DNA of 32,000 bases from NCBI GenBank assembly GCA_016840465.1, contig JAEOSH010000001.1:60001-92000 (forward strand), given 5' to 3'. The notes under the pieces are model-generated. The model saw only the letters and a program-made list of their open reading frames with translations, was not told where the DNA came from and ran no database searches. Shown here piece after piece: positions 18,634 through 28,280 of the stretch (the first letter of the stretch is position 1; every line of letters begins with the position of its first letter). A program made the position numbers and the translations under genes. The DNA is from Candidatus Baldrarchaeum yapensis. GTDB lineage: Archaea; Asgardarchaeota; Baldrarchaeia; Baldrarchaeales; Baldrarchaeaceae.

Positions 18634-20412
18634 TTGGAGAAGGTTGGAACAATCGTCAGGATAAGTGGCCCCCTCGTCGAGGCCGATGGATTACGAGGTA
18701 CACAGATGTACGAAGTGTGTAGAGTAGGAGAGGAGATGCTTATAGGCGAAGTAGTAAAAGTTGTAGGTTCACGTGTATTCATACAAGTGTACGAGGAGAC
18801 TGCTGGTTTAAAACCTGGAGAGAAGGTAATTGCCACAGGTGCGCCATTATCCGTCGAACTGGGACCTGGACTTATTGGGCAAATTTTCGACGGAATCCAA
18901 AGACCCCTACCAAAAATTAAGGATGCTGTTGGAGATTTTATTAGAAGGGGTGTCGTTGCTGAGCCTCTTCCACGAGATAAAAAGTGGCACTTTACGCCTA
19001 AAATTAAGGAGGGGGAGAAAGTAGAGGGTGGAGACATACTCGGTGAGGTTCCAGAAACGACATTAGTAACACATAAGATAATGGTGCCGCCACATGTGAG
19101 GGGAGAGCTCACTTGGATTGCTTCTGAGGATAGTTACACGATCGAAGACACGATTGCTGAAGTGAGAACCGAGGATGGAGAGGCCATAGAGATAAAGATG
19201 TATCAAAGATGGCCTGTCAGAAGACCTAGACCGATTAGGAGGAAACTTGCTCCACAAGTGCCATTATTGACGGGACAACGAATAATAGATACGTTCTTCC
19301 CACCAGCAAAAGGAGGAACTGCGGCAATACCCGGTGCTTTCGGGACTGGTAAGACTGTCATGCTTCATCAATTAGCAAAATGGGCTGACGCCCACATAAT
19401 AGTCTACATAGGGTGTGGCGAGCGCGGTAATGAAATGACCGAGGTACTAGAAGACTTTCCAAAATTAGAAGACCCAAGAACCGGAGAACCGTTAATGAAC
19501 AGAACAATATTGATTGCAAATACTAGTAACATGCCCGTTGCTGCCAGAGAGGCTTCTATTTACACTGGAATTACGCTGGCAGAATATTATCGGGATATGG
19601 GATATGATGTAGCGCTCATGGCAGACTCGACCAGTCGGTGGGCGGAGGCGCTGAGAGAAATTTCGGGTAGGCTTGAGGAGATGCCGGGAGAGGAGGGATA
19701 TCCTGCGTATCTGGCGTCAAGACTTGCCGAGTTTTATGAGAGAGCGGGAAGAATTGAGACGATAGGGCGACCCGAGAGACTTGGATCAGTTACGATTTGC
19801 GGGGCTGTATCACCGCCGGGAGGGGACTTCTCTGAACCGGTTACTGTGAATACCCTTAGAATAGTTAAGGTGTTCTGGGGATTAGATAAAGATCTGGCAT
19901 CTAGAAGACACTTCCCAGCAATAAATTGGCTCACTAGTTATTCGCTATATTTAGAGGATCTTGAGGATTGGTATCGGCGGAATATCAGCCCTGATTGGAG
20001 CAAATTGAGAAGTACTGCAATGTGGATTCTTCAGAGAGAAGCGGAATTAGAGGAGATTGTCAAGTTGGTTGGTCCAGATGCGTTGCCTGAGAGTGAACGG
20101 GTAATACTTGAGGCCGCACGGATGATAAGGGAAGATTACCTTCAGCAGAGTGCAATGCATCCGATCGATACATATTGCCCGATACATAAGGCCTATCGGA
20201 TGTTAAAGGTGATAATAAAGTTCTACGAGAAAATGAAGGATGCTGTAGAGAAAGGAGTGTCCATGGATCAGATACTGAAGTTACCTGTCAGAGAGAGAAT
20301 TGCAAGACTAAAGATACTGAAGTACGACGAAGTTGACAAAGTTTGTGATGAAGTCGAAAGGGAAATCGATCAACAATTTGAAGAACTTATTTCCAAAGTC
20401 TCCGGTGCTTAA
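18634..20412 (+). CDS. atpA: A/V-type ATP synthase subunit A (catalytic), TTG start, no intein
   Basis: [14 protein letters not shown], Walker [54 protein letters not shown]. Confidence 0.98.
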   Translation: MEKVGTIVRISGPLVEADGLRGTQMYEVCRVGEEMLIGEVVKVVGSRVFIQVYEETAGLKPGEKVIATGAPLSVELGPGLIGQIFDGIQRPLPKIKDAVGDFIRRGVVAEPLPRDKKWHFTPKIKEGEKVEGGDILGEVPETTLVTHKIMVPPHVRGELTWIASEDSYTIEDTIAEVRTEDGEAIEIKMYQRWPVRRPRPIRRKLAPQVPLLTGQRIIDTFFPPAKGGTAAIPGAFGTGKTVMLHQLAKWADAHIIVYIGCGERGNEMTEVLEDFPKLEDPRTGEPLMNRTILIANTSNMPVAAREASIYTGITLAEYYRDMGYDVALMADSTSRWAEALREISGRLEEMPGEEGYPAYLASRLAEFYERAGRIETIGRPERLGSVTICGAVSPPGGDFSEPVTVNTLRIVKVFWGLDKDLASRRHFPAINWLTSYSLYLEDLEDWYRRNISPDWSKLRSTAMWILQREAELEEIVKLVGPDALPESERVILEAARMIREDYLQQSAMHPIDTYCPIHKAYRMLKVIIKFYEKMKDAVEKGVSMDQILKLPVRERIARLKILKYDEVDKVCDEVEREIDQQFEELISKVSGA

Positions 20413-20566
20413 CCATCTATTACAATTTGTCATATCTCCATTTCATGATTTCTAACAGCGATCTTCTTAGTGAACTTCTCCTTGCTCATATATGTTTTAC
20501 GAGACAACATGCAGAGAGTTCGTTGAGTGTCAATGCCATGCACAAAGAGAGTGACTCTTATTGGAT

Positions 20567-20585
20567 GCGAAAAATTCTTTAAAGG
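20567..20585 (+). promoter_or_regulatory. Putative BRE/TATA internal promoter upstream of atpB
   Basis: gcgaaaaattc-TTTAAAGG, 25 nt before ATG 20610, within a roughly 200-bp gap between atpA and atpB. Confidence 0.5.
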
Positions 20586-20609
20586 AAAACTTCTGTCATC
20601 GGATGGATT

Positions 20610-22055
20610 ATGTGTAATGAGGGTTTATACATGACAGAACCTCAGGTTACGGAACCTCTTCATACGAAAGTTAAATACAGAACGGTTAATCAGCTAAAAG
20701 GCCCGCTCTTGTTCATCGAACGCGTCAAAGGAGTTTCGTATAACGAAGTTGTTGAAATAGAGACTCCAGATGGCGAAATTAGAAGAGGCACTGTCCTCGA
20801 AGTGGGGCATGGATATGCGGTAGTTCAGGTATTTGAGGGAACTAGAGGACTTGATACGAAAAGTACGACTGTCAGATTCACGGGTTCGACACTAAAGTTC
20901 CCCGTATCTACCGACATTTTAGGAAGAATATTCTCGGGTTCTGGTGTACCGCTTGATCACGCTCCTCCGCCCGTACCAGAGGACTATTGGGATATCCATG
21001 GGAGTCCTATTAATCCGTACGCAAGAGAGTACCCCAGAGAGCCCATCCAGACCGGGCTTTCAGTAATAGATGGGATGAATACGCTCGTTAGAGGGCAAAA
21101 ATTGCCATTATTTAGCGGTGCGGGATTGCCGCACAATAGAATTGCGGCTCAGATAGCCAGGCAAGCTAAAGTTCCAGGCAAGGAGGAGGAGTTTGCAGTC
21201 GTGTTTGCAGCGATGGGTATTACCACAGAGGAGGCAAACTTCTTCAGAAGGCAACTGGAGGAAACAGGTGCACTTGAGCATGCGGTACTCTTCCTTAACC
21301 TTGCCAATGATCCTGCCATAGAGAGGCTTATAACACCAAGAATAGCGCTCACTGCTGCAGAGTACTTGGCATTTGAGTTAGATATGCACGTTCTTGTAAT
21401 TCTCACAGATATGACCAACTATGCTGAGGCACTGAGAGAGATATCCGCAGCACGAGAAGAAGTTCCCGGAAGGAGGGGATATCCAGGATATATGTACACA
21501 GACCTAGCCACGATTTACGAGAGAGCTGGAAGAATTAGAGGGCGAAAGGGCACAATAACACAAATGCCTATTTTAACGATGCCACACGACGACATTACAC
21601 ATCCGGTTCCTGACCTTACTGGTTACATAACAGAGGGGCAGTTAATATTGGACAGAGGACTGCATAGAAAGGGAATATATCCGCCTATTGACCCCAGACC
21701 CTCCTTATCACGGCTTATGAAAGAGGGTATTGGGGAGGGACTAACAAGGTTTGATCATAGAGAGGTTTCAGATCAGTTGTACTATAACTATTCTGAGGGA
21801 TGTGACCTAAGAGAGTTGGTGGAGGTAGTTGGCGAGGAGGCTCTTACGCCAAGGGATAGAAAGTTCTTGCAGTTTGCTGATGAGTTCGAAAGAAGATTCA
21901 TTAACCAAGGAGAGTTTGAGGAGAGATCATTTGATGAAACTTTGGATCTTGCGTGGGAGTTGATAAGCATAGTACCAGAGGAGGACTGGAAGCGAATAGA
22001 TCCACAAACTATAGAATGGGCAAGAAAAACCGGAAGGATAAGGAGAGTTTCTTAA
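20610..22055 (+). CDS. atpB: A/V-type ATP synthase subunit B
   Basis: [77 protein letters not shown]. Alternative start 20631. Confidence 0.98.
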   Translation: MCNEGLYMTEPQVTEPLHTKVKYRTVNQLKGPLLFIERVKGVSYNEVVEIETPDGEIRRGTVLEVGHGYAVVQVFEGTRGLDTKSTTVRFTGSTLKFPVSTDILGRIFSGSGVPLDHAPPPVPEDYWDIHGSPINPYAREYPREPIQTGLSVIDGMNTLVRGQKLPLFSGAGLPHNRIAAQIARQAKVPGKEEEFAVVFAAMGITTEEANFFRRQLEETGALEHAVLFLNLANDPAIERLITPRIALTAAEYLAFELDMHVLVILTDMTNYAEALREISAAREEVPGRRGYPGYMYTDLATIYERAGRIRGRKGTITQMPILTMPHDDITHPVPDLTGYITEGQLILDRGLHRKGIYPPIDPRPSLSRLMKEGIGEGLTRFDHREVSDQLYYNYSEGCDLRELVEVVGEEALTPRDRKFLQFADEFERRFINQGEFEERSFDETLDLAWELISIVPEEDWKRIDPQTIEWARKTGRIRRVS

Positions 22056-22091
22056 ATTCTCTTATTAATAATAATTTTTTTGGTTTAAGAT

Positions 22092-22631
22092 ATGCAAAAG
22101 CGTAAAATATGCGTATTAAGATTAGGCCACCGGAAAATGAGGGATTCCCGCATAACGACACATGTTGGACTTGTTGCAAGGGCTTTTGGTGCCGATGAAT
22201 TTTATTTTTCCGGAGATTATGACGATAAGGTCATATCCAGTATAAACGATGTTGTTGAGAGGTGGGGTGGCCCATTTAAAGTGGGTTATGTTAGTAACTG
22301 GCGCTCTTGGCTTAAGGAGAAGGTTGACCAAGGGTGGGATATCGTGCATTTGACAATGTATGGAATACCAGTAGATGTATGCATCGAACAGATACGTGGG
22401 GCTCAGAAAAACCTAGTGATAGTGGTGGGTGGTACTAAAGTTCCGAGAGAAGTCTATGATATTGCCCAGTGGAATGTATCGATTACGCTTCAGCCGCACT
22501 CTGAAGTTGCCGCGCTAGCGGTGTTTCTACATGAATTCTTTATGGGTAAGGAACTTAAGAGAGAATTCGAGGGGGCGAAGATAAAGATAATTCCGTGTGA
22601 GAGGGGAAAACGTGTTGTGAGAGTTACTTAG
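22092..22631 (+). CDS. trm56: tRNA (cytidine(56)-2'-O)-methyltransferase (SPOUT)
   Basis: LRLGHR..RD.RITTHV.LVARAFGA, VHLTMYG, VVGGTKVP, QPHSEVAALAVFL, IIPCERGKRV. Confidence 0.95.
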   Translation: MQKRKICVLRLGHRKMRDSRITTHVGLVARAFGADEFYFSGDYDDKVISSINDVVERWGGPFKVGYVSNWRSWLKEKVDQGWDIVHLTMYGIPVDVCIEQIRGAQKNLVIVVGGTKVPREVYDIAQWNVSITLQPHSEVAALAVFLHEFFMGKELKREFEGAKIKIIPCERGKRVVRVT

Positions 22632-22632
22632 G

Positions 22633-23163
22633 TTATTTCTTTTTCCGCCTTCTGACTATGACAACATCACCTATAGTTAATGTTGGTGGTGACTTGGGCG
22701 TAACCGTCATATCGGCAGGAATCTCCGAGGGCGGAACCGTTAATTTTATATTAAGCACTCGTTCGAGTTTTTTGACAACATTAGGCGGGGGTATTATTTC
22801 TTCCCGTTCAATCTTTTTTATAAGCGACTCTTTCTCCATTATTTCCCTTGCCAGATCCTCTTGAGTCCAACCCAGTTTTTCTCTAGCTTCCTTTACCATA
22901 CGCCCGTAACCTTCGACCAATTCGTATTCCTGGAAAATATCTTCGTATTTTCCTCTTGCTCTGGAGACCATAGTACTTGATCGTCTCGACACTGAAGGAA
23001 CTGGAGAGTTTCGCTGAGCAGGTTCCAATCTTTTAGGTCGTGTCGGCTTTACACTTCCGTATTTTGCACATTTTTCGCAAACTATGAGTTTAGACCCCTC
23101 GACGAAGATTTCATATCTCTTTCCCACTATTTTTGCTCCACATATCTCGCACGACAATCCCAT
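22633..23163 (-). CDS. mbf1: Archaeal multiprotein bridging factor 1 (Zn ribbon + Cro/C1 HTH)
   Basis: CEICG...CEKCAKYG, ELVEGYGRMVKEARE..GWTQEDLA...EKES.I.KIE, TLTIGDVV. Confidence 0.94.
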   Translation of the reverse strand: MGLSCEICGAKIVGKRYEIFVEGSKLIVCEKCAKYGSVKPTRPKRLEPAQRNSPVPSVSRRSSTMVSRARGKYEDIFQEYELVEGYGRMVKEAREKLGWTQEDLAREIMEKESLIKKIEREEIIPPPNVVKKLERVLNIKLTVPPSEIPADMTVTPKSPPTLTIGDVVIVRRRKKK

Positions 23164-23240
23164 CCACCTTTACACAAAAGATATATTTTACACGATTGGT
23201 TTAAAAATGCTGAAAGTCAATGCCTGACGTTCGGTTTTAG

Positions 23241-23651
23241 GTGGATGAGATGATACCGAGGAAGATCAGCCCACGAATGTTAAGGAAACTCATGAAGCAG
23301 ATGGGATTAAAGATCGTTGAAATGAGCGACATAAGAGAAGTTATATTAAAACATTCTGATGGCTCCGAAACCGTCATTAGAGATCCTCAAGTTCTCGCCA
23401 TGGAGGCTAGTGGTCAACGAATACTGCAAATTACAGGAAGGTTTGAAAAAATTGAAGCTAGAACCGAAGAGGTTGCGACACTAGAGGAAGAACGAGGTTC
23501 GGAGTTGGAAATATCTCCTGAAGACGTACAATTAGTGGCCGAACAAGCCGGAGTTTCGGAGAAGGAGGCAAGAAATGCTTTAATTGAGACAGGAGGCAAT
23601 CTTGCGGAGGCAATACTGTTATTGAGAAGTAGAAGGGAGCGAGGTGGCTGA
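23241..23651 (+). CDS. nac: Nascent polypeptide-associated complex protein (aeNAC)
   Basis: SPRMLRKLMKQMGL, EVIL, VI..P.V..M...GQ...QI.G, UBA-like EDVQLVAEQAGVSEKEARNALIETGGNLAEAIL. Confidence 0.94.
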   Translation: MDEMIPRKISPRMLRKLMKQMGLKIVEMSDIREVILKHSDGSETVIRDPQVLAMEASGQRILQITGRFEKIEARTEEVATLEEERGSELEISPEDVQLVAEQAGVSEKEARNALIETGGNLAEAILLLRSRRERGG

Positions 23652-24296
23652 CGCCTTCTCCAGTAGATACTTTATTCTCTTTAAACGGAAGAAGTCCTCA
23701 CGTTCGCGTTCTTCGAGGTGCAACTCTATATATCTTATTGTGTTTTCAAGTCGAGGAATTATTATGTATCTGAGTGCATTTACTCGTCGTTTCGTTTTCT
23801 TTATTTCTTCTGCTATTCTCCTTAGTGACGCTTCGACTTCAGCGAGTTTGATTACAGCCCTTAGGACCTCCCTAAATGTATTAGCCGCCTCATCTAGTTT
23901 AACAGATGTATCAAGCAGGTTATAAGGAAGTTGTGTTTCTGTCCTTAACTCTTTAACCTTAAAATGCGGCACCCTCACTCCCATGATGTTTCTTATCTCG
24001 ACATCAAGAGAAATTAGGGATGGTATAGATGCCGCTATGCTCATTAGTTTTACTTCTCCCATTATCATCTTTGCCTCTGTTAATGCGTCAAATGCTTTCT
24101 TCAACGCGTTTATGACCTCACTTCTTGCTCTGTATACTTCCTCAAGTAGTGTTCTTAACTCCATCACGAGCGCATCTCTCTTTTCCTCCAGTAATTCTCT
24201 TCCTTTCTCAGCCAATGCCCTTCTCTTCTTAAGCATCAATAGTTCCATTCTTGTCGGATGTACTCCCTTCATAATTTGTGTGGACAAGGTTACCAC
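23619..24296 (-). CDS. atpD: A/V-type ATP synthase subunit D
   Basis: VHPTRMELL, LA.KG..LL.EKRDAL, NIMGVRVP, EI.KTKRRVNAL, LEEREREDFFRLK. TTG 24287 after GAGGTG is a plausible true start. Confidence 0.96.
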   Translation of the reverse strand: MVTLSTQIMKGVHPTRMELLMLKKRRALAEKGRELLEEKRDALVMELRTLLEEVYRARSEVINALKKAFDALTEAKMIMGEVKLMSIAASIPSLISLDVEIRNIMGVRVPHFKVKELRTETQLPYNLLDTSVKLDEAANTFREVLRAVIKLAEVEASLRRIAEEIKKTKRRVNALRYIIIPRLENTIRYIELHLEEREREDFFRLKRIKYLLEKASATSLPSTSQ

Positions 24297-24297
24297 C

Positions 24298-24564
24298 TCA
24301 GTAGTATATCATTACTAGGATAATTACCATCGCGGCAACTATACAGCACGCAAGCCATTCAACAACTAACCTCTCAGAGGGAGGAGATTCCTTAGCGGCT
24401 CCAAGAGTTGCAAGCAACATAAACAGTGACATTAGGAAAAATGCCACTATTTTTATGCTAAGCCCCCATAGTGCCATTAAAACCATTCCTAGGATGACGC
24501 AAACTAATAATGCCATCACAATTATTGGAGATATCTTCTCGAAAGTCGATATCAGGCTTGACAA
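24298..24564 (-). CDS. Small 3-TM hypothetical membrane protein (about 88 aa)
   Basis: The track ORF 24298..24702 overlaps the divergent gene. An internal TTG at 24564 has a GGTGG RBS and a TTTTAAG TATA about 35 nt upstream. Product: (M)SSLISTFEKISPIIVMALLVCVILGMVLMALWGLSIKIVAFFLMSLFMLLATLG...VVEWLACCIVAAMVIILVMIYY. Confidence 0.6.
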   Translation of the reverse strand: MSSLISTFEKISPIIVMALLVCVILGMVLMALWGLSIKIVAFFLMSLFMLLATLGAAKESPPSERLVVEWLACCIVAAMVIILVMIYY

Positions 24565-24595
24565 GTTCCCCACCACAGGAACATAGATTGGGGGG

Positions 24596-24603
24596 CTTAA
24601 AAG
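24596..24603. promoter_or_regulatory. Possible bidirectional TATA element
   Basis: CTTAAAAG reads TTAAAAG on + and TTTTAAG on -, and sits 30-35 nt from both divergent starts (24564 and 24635). Confidence 0.4.
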
Positions 24604-24634
24604 TGTAGCGACAGAACAATATTTTGGGATACTA

Positions 24635-26740
24635 TTGGTAGTGGCAACTTCAATACGTAGAACTAAGGACACTATTTTGGGAAGAGACTGTACTACTCGC
24701 ATCGTAACTCTAATGGTCGCAATCCTCGCTGTACTGCTTGTCGCTCAACTTATTTTCGGCAATCTTTTAGGAACCTCCTTTCCGTGCGAATGTGTATGTG
24801 CTACCTCCACGGGCCAAATCGTTTATAGAGGAGATACTGTTCTTTTAACTGCACATTTAGAAGACGAGAACGGAAATCCTGTGCCTAATGCGACAATAGA
24901 ATTTTTCGATGAAACAAATAACGTTTTTTTGGGATCTAACATCACGGATACCAATGGAGTTGCAATTTTTGAATGGAAAATCCCTCTTAATTATCCCCTC
25001 GGAGAGACTGTCATAAATGCTACATTTAGAGGAGATGTAAAGAGAAACCTAGCACCATCAGTGGAAAGGGTTGCCTTAGAGATCCATGGGCACCTGTCCC
25101 TATATGTTAAGACTTATGATACGACGGGGGACCCCTATGATAGGAACATTGCACCTGGAGACAAAGTATATTTCATCATCAAGTTAGAGGACGAAAATGG
25201 CCTTCCCCTTAAAGGTTTTCTGGTAAATTTGCTCGATAACGAGGGAAACGTTATTTCATCAGGATTTTCTAATGACAGCGGGCTTGTTTGCTTAGATTCG
25301 GGCGTAATTACAAGCACCGGAGAATTTACTTTTCATATAAACGTTCCTTCTCAAAATTATTTCACAAATGCGTCTGTTATTGTTAAAATAAGGTCTGACA
25401 AGATAAGAACTAATATTCTGATAGAAGAACACGCTTTAACCACATATAGGGGAGACAACATTACCATTTGTGGGATACTAGAAGACGAATACCGCAAGCC
25501 TCTCAGTAACATGCCTATATATTTGGAGGATCGATACGGTAATGACATTTGTTATTGCATGACAGACTCCTCTGGAGCCTTCTGCTTTTGTGTAAACATA
25601 CCTAGGCGTGCAAATATTGGACTCTATGTTTTTACAGTCACCTTTCCAGGAACTCAAAGATATCGGTCCGCTTCGGCCAATGTTAGCATTAAGGTCAAGG
25701 GGCTTTCTAAAATGAACGTTAAAAACGCGTCATTTATCGTGCTTACAAATGATCTTACCACAATTATCGTATCTTTGATGGATGAAAATGGATGCCCTAT
25801 ATCCTCTGCGAATGTGACCGCTTATAATTTAAATACCTCAGAAGTTCTCTCGTCAGGAATTACTGATAGTTATGGTGTCACAACTCTTACTTTCGTATCA
25901 CCCTCGAGCTGCGGGATTTATAATATTTCGGTGATGTTTTGTGGCAACGACTTCTACAATGGGACTAAGGAGTACGTCCAACTTCTCGTTTTGGAAAGAA
26001 CGATGTTGCAAGTAGCGATAGACAATAATGCGACTTATTTCCTCCGCGGAGATCTTGTAACCTTTTCCGTGAAACTAATGGACTCGCAAGGAAGACCTCT
26101 GGCCAACGAGACGCTGGTTGTGATAACATCTGCAAGTACTACTGATATCATGTGTAACAAGACCGATAATTATGGAATTGCGAGATTTAGATATAAAATT
26201 CCGGATAGTGCGTCAATGGGACAATTGATATTTAAAGTAGTATATGAAGGGAATATCGAGAGACTTCTAGGCGGATCAGAGACCTATTTCCATGTAAATA
26301 TCGTCGAAAAACTTCCGACAAATATATCTGTTGAAATAATGCCTCTAGATGATGGCGATATCCTCCTTAAGATTAGATTATACATTTTAGACGGGAGGCC
26401 CGTATCTAATGCTAATATTAGCATTTTTGCCGGGAATGCTTTCCTATATAACTTAACGACCAGCGACGATGGTTCGGCAGTTTTTACAATCAAAAAGGAT
26501 GATTTAAACAAGTATACCCGAATTAGAATAATATTCTATGGTTCCGACATATTGAATGATTGCTCACTTGAAGTGGACTTAACTAATTTTACTCATAACA
26601 TCAGCACAACGAAGTCTTCAGAGGGACTTTCAATAAACTATATAATTTACTATGCCAGACCAGTGATCATTTCAGCATGTTGCGTCGCTATAGTTTACAC
26701 TTTGAAAAGGCTGAGAAGATCCGAGTTATTTAGAATATGA
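24635..26740 (+). CDS. Surface protein with six Ig-like (Big-type) repeats, N-terminal signal/TM and C-terminal TM anchor
   Basis: Six units of about 100 aa with consensus (R)GD.V.....L.DE.G.P..N..(V/I)......TD..G.......IP....G......F.G...Y. Hydrophobic N-terminus (ATG 24713 possible). C-terminal YARPVIISACCVAIVYTL followed by KRLRR. Confidence 0.85.
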   Translation: MVVATSIRRTKDTILGRDCTTRIVTLMVAILAVLLVAQLIFGNLLGTSFPCECVCATSTGQIVYRGDTVLLTAHLEDENGNPVPNATIEFFDETNNVFLGSNITDTNGVAIFEWKIPLNYPLGETVINATFRGDVKRNLAPSVERVALEIHGHLSLYVKTYDTTGDPYDRNIAPGDKVYFIIKLEDENGLPLKGFLVNLLDNEGNVISSGFSNDSGLVCLDSGVITSTGEFTFHINVPSQNYFTNASVIVKIRSDKIRTNILIEEHALTTYRGDNITICGILEDEYRKPLSNMPIYLEDRYGNDICYCMTDSSGAFCFCVNIPRRANIGLYVFTVTFPGTQRYRSASANVSIKVKGLSKMNVKNASFIVLTNDLTTIIVSLMDENGCPISSANVTAYNLNTSEVLSSGITDSYGVTTLTFVSPSSCGIYNISVMFCGNDFYNGTKEYVQLLVLERTMLQVAIDNNATYFLRGDLVTFSVKLMDSQGRPLANETLVVITSASTTDIMCNKTDNYGIARFRYKIPDSASMGQLIFKVVYEGNIERLLGGSETYFHVNIVEKLPTNISVEIMPLDDGDILLKIRLYILDGRPVSNANISIFAGNAFLYNLTTSDDGSAVFTIKKDDLNKYTRIRIIFYGSDILNDCSLEVDLTNFTHNISTTKSSEGLSINYIIYYARPVIISACCVAIVYTLKRLRRSELFRI

Positions 26741-26750
26741 GGGGCTTTAA

Positions 26751-28241
26751 ATGCGAATTCTGAATTTTATAACTCAATATAAAACTCTTTTAAGGATTGG
26801 TGAGCGCTTTCTGTATAGCAGAGACAAAGCCCTTAAACATTACATAAAATTCTCGAAGGGACTTGACATAGAGGTTTATGGATTTCTCTTATTTGCGGTG
26901 CTTATATTGTCATTCGGCATCACAACTGAATTGTTGCTCTTTTTGCTAAAACTGCAGATCCTTAATTGCATACTCGTGTCATTGCTTATCGCGGTGATTG
27001 CAATACACCTCTTAAGGGACATTTTCTTTAAAGAAGGCCATCACACTCGAGTGATAATGAATGAATTGGCACCAGTGATCTACTTACGATATAGAATTGG
27101 ACAGCGTCTAAACGAGGACATTATTGATATTTTAAGAGAGTTTGCACGATTTGAAGATCGCGCCATTAGAAAATATTTTGAGTCGATATTAAAGCAGGTG
27201 TTGCGAGGATCACTTCCCGAAAATGCTATAATTGATCATCTAAAATATTGCCCGTCGGAGGATATGAAAAGAGTATTAACGTTGATAGTAAGCGAGAATC
27301 ACAGAAGTTCCGTGGAGACTCTCGAAGTTGAGAAGATAATAGAGTTTTCTACATTCAAATTTGAGATCATGTATTTACTTAAGTCTTTAGAGTCAAGGTT
27401 GACGATTTTACTCGTTTGTTCTAGCTTTTTCCCCATCTTATTTTCTATTTGCCTTCTACTATATCCAGATTTGGTATTTCTCTTTTTGTCAATGTACTTT
27501 TTGGGTTTTTTTGGTCTTAAGTCCTTTCTGACTTATGAGAGCCCACTGCCAAGAGTTAACCCCTTAGAAGAGTTTCGCGAGTTTTCAAACGTCTATGACA
27601 TGATAAATATTGTTTTGAACAACTTTGACGAGAGGTTATCTCCTGAGGCTTTAATTTGCAAAATTTTATCTCAAAGGAAGAAAATGCTCAATTTTGGCGG
27701 TGATATTCTTCGGAAAATTCTACCTTATTACTGTTCACTTAATCCTGTTGAGGATAGAAAATCTGCGATGTTGAACAGCAAGCAATATGCCGAAATGTAC
27801 TTTCTTAACGTCGTGATTGAAATGCTAAGAAAAATAATTTTTGATCTCCCAGAAGGGGCAATAGATCTTCTCTATAATCTCAGGTCTATTGTCTTTTATC
27901 ATATGCAATTTAAACGCGATCTTGCAATTCTTTATAGCTCCTTAAAATTCAAGATAAAGGTGCTTACGTACAGTATGAGCACAGCAAACGCCTTCATTAT
28001 TGCAATCTTATTATCCTTTGCCAAGTTTTCTCCTCCTCTTCTTATTAATACAAACGGTGCAATCGCAGGTGGATTTTTACTCCTTCCAATCGCAGTACTT
28101 GTAACACTGATATCCACACTCATCTCTCTTATAATCCTTAAACATGAGAAGAAGACGAAAGTGATTATCACAACCCTTGTGTTATTTTTGTTGACATTTC
28201 TTGGAGCCCGAACCCTCTTATTGCATGCAAGTTTTCCATGA
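26751..28241 (+). CDS. Polytopic membrane protein, divergent T2SS-F/TadB-TadC/ArlJ-like (tandem architecture)
   Basis: Pattern of 2 TM, cytoplasmic domain, 2 TM, cytoplasmic domain, 3 TM. The first soluble domain has RKYFESILKQVLRGSLPENAI...CPSEDMKRVL, resembling the EF..I...V..G...E.AL.....PS..L.R pattern of T2SS-F proteins. Confidence 0.55.
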   Translation: MRILNFITQYKTLLRIGERFLYSRDKALKHYIKFSKGLDIEVYGFLLFAVLILSFGITTELLLFLLKLQILNCILVSLLIAVIAIHLLRDIFFKEGHHTRVIMNELAPVIYLRYRIGQRLNEDIIDILREFARFEDRAIRKYFESILKQVLRGSLPENAIIDHLKYCPSEDMKRVLTLIVSENHRSSVETLEVEKIIEFSTFKFEIMYLLKSLESRLTILLVCSSFFPILFSICLLLYPDLVFLFLSMYFLGFFGLKSFLTYESPLPRVNPLEEFREFSNVYDMINIVLNNFDERLSPEALICKILSQRKKMLNFGGDILRKILPYYCSLNPVEDRKSAMLNSKQYAEMYFLNVVIEMLRKIIFDLPEGAIDLLYNLRSIVFYHMQFKRDLAILYSSLKFKIKVLTYSMSTANAFIIAILLSFAKFSPPLLINTNGAIAGGFLLLPIAVLVTLISTLISLIILKHEKKTKVIITTLVLFLLTFLGARTLLLHASFP

Positions 28242-28280
28242 GGTCAAGACCACTTGATTGTTAATTATAATAGAACCACG

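Noticed and set aside
20413-20609. Hidden small gene in the atpA-atpB gap
   Set aside because: Only short frames (17-40 codons) without RBS or motifs; the gap is better explained by a terminator plus promoter.
18289-21970. Minus-strand ORFs inside atpF/A/B (e.g. 18606..19112, 21149..21418)
   Set aside because: Antisense shadows of highly conserved genes.
24565-24702. N-terminal extension of the 134-aa track ORF
   Set aside because: It would overlap the divergent Ig-repeat gene and leave no promoter space; TTG 24564 has both RBS and TATA support.
24635-28280. Integrated element at the tRNA-Ser 3' end (AT-richer surface genes abut it)
   Set aside because: No integrase and no duplicated tRNA 3' segment (att site) in the window; the similarity to tRNA-Val is just the universal T arm.
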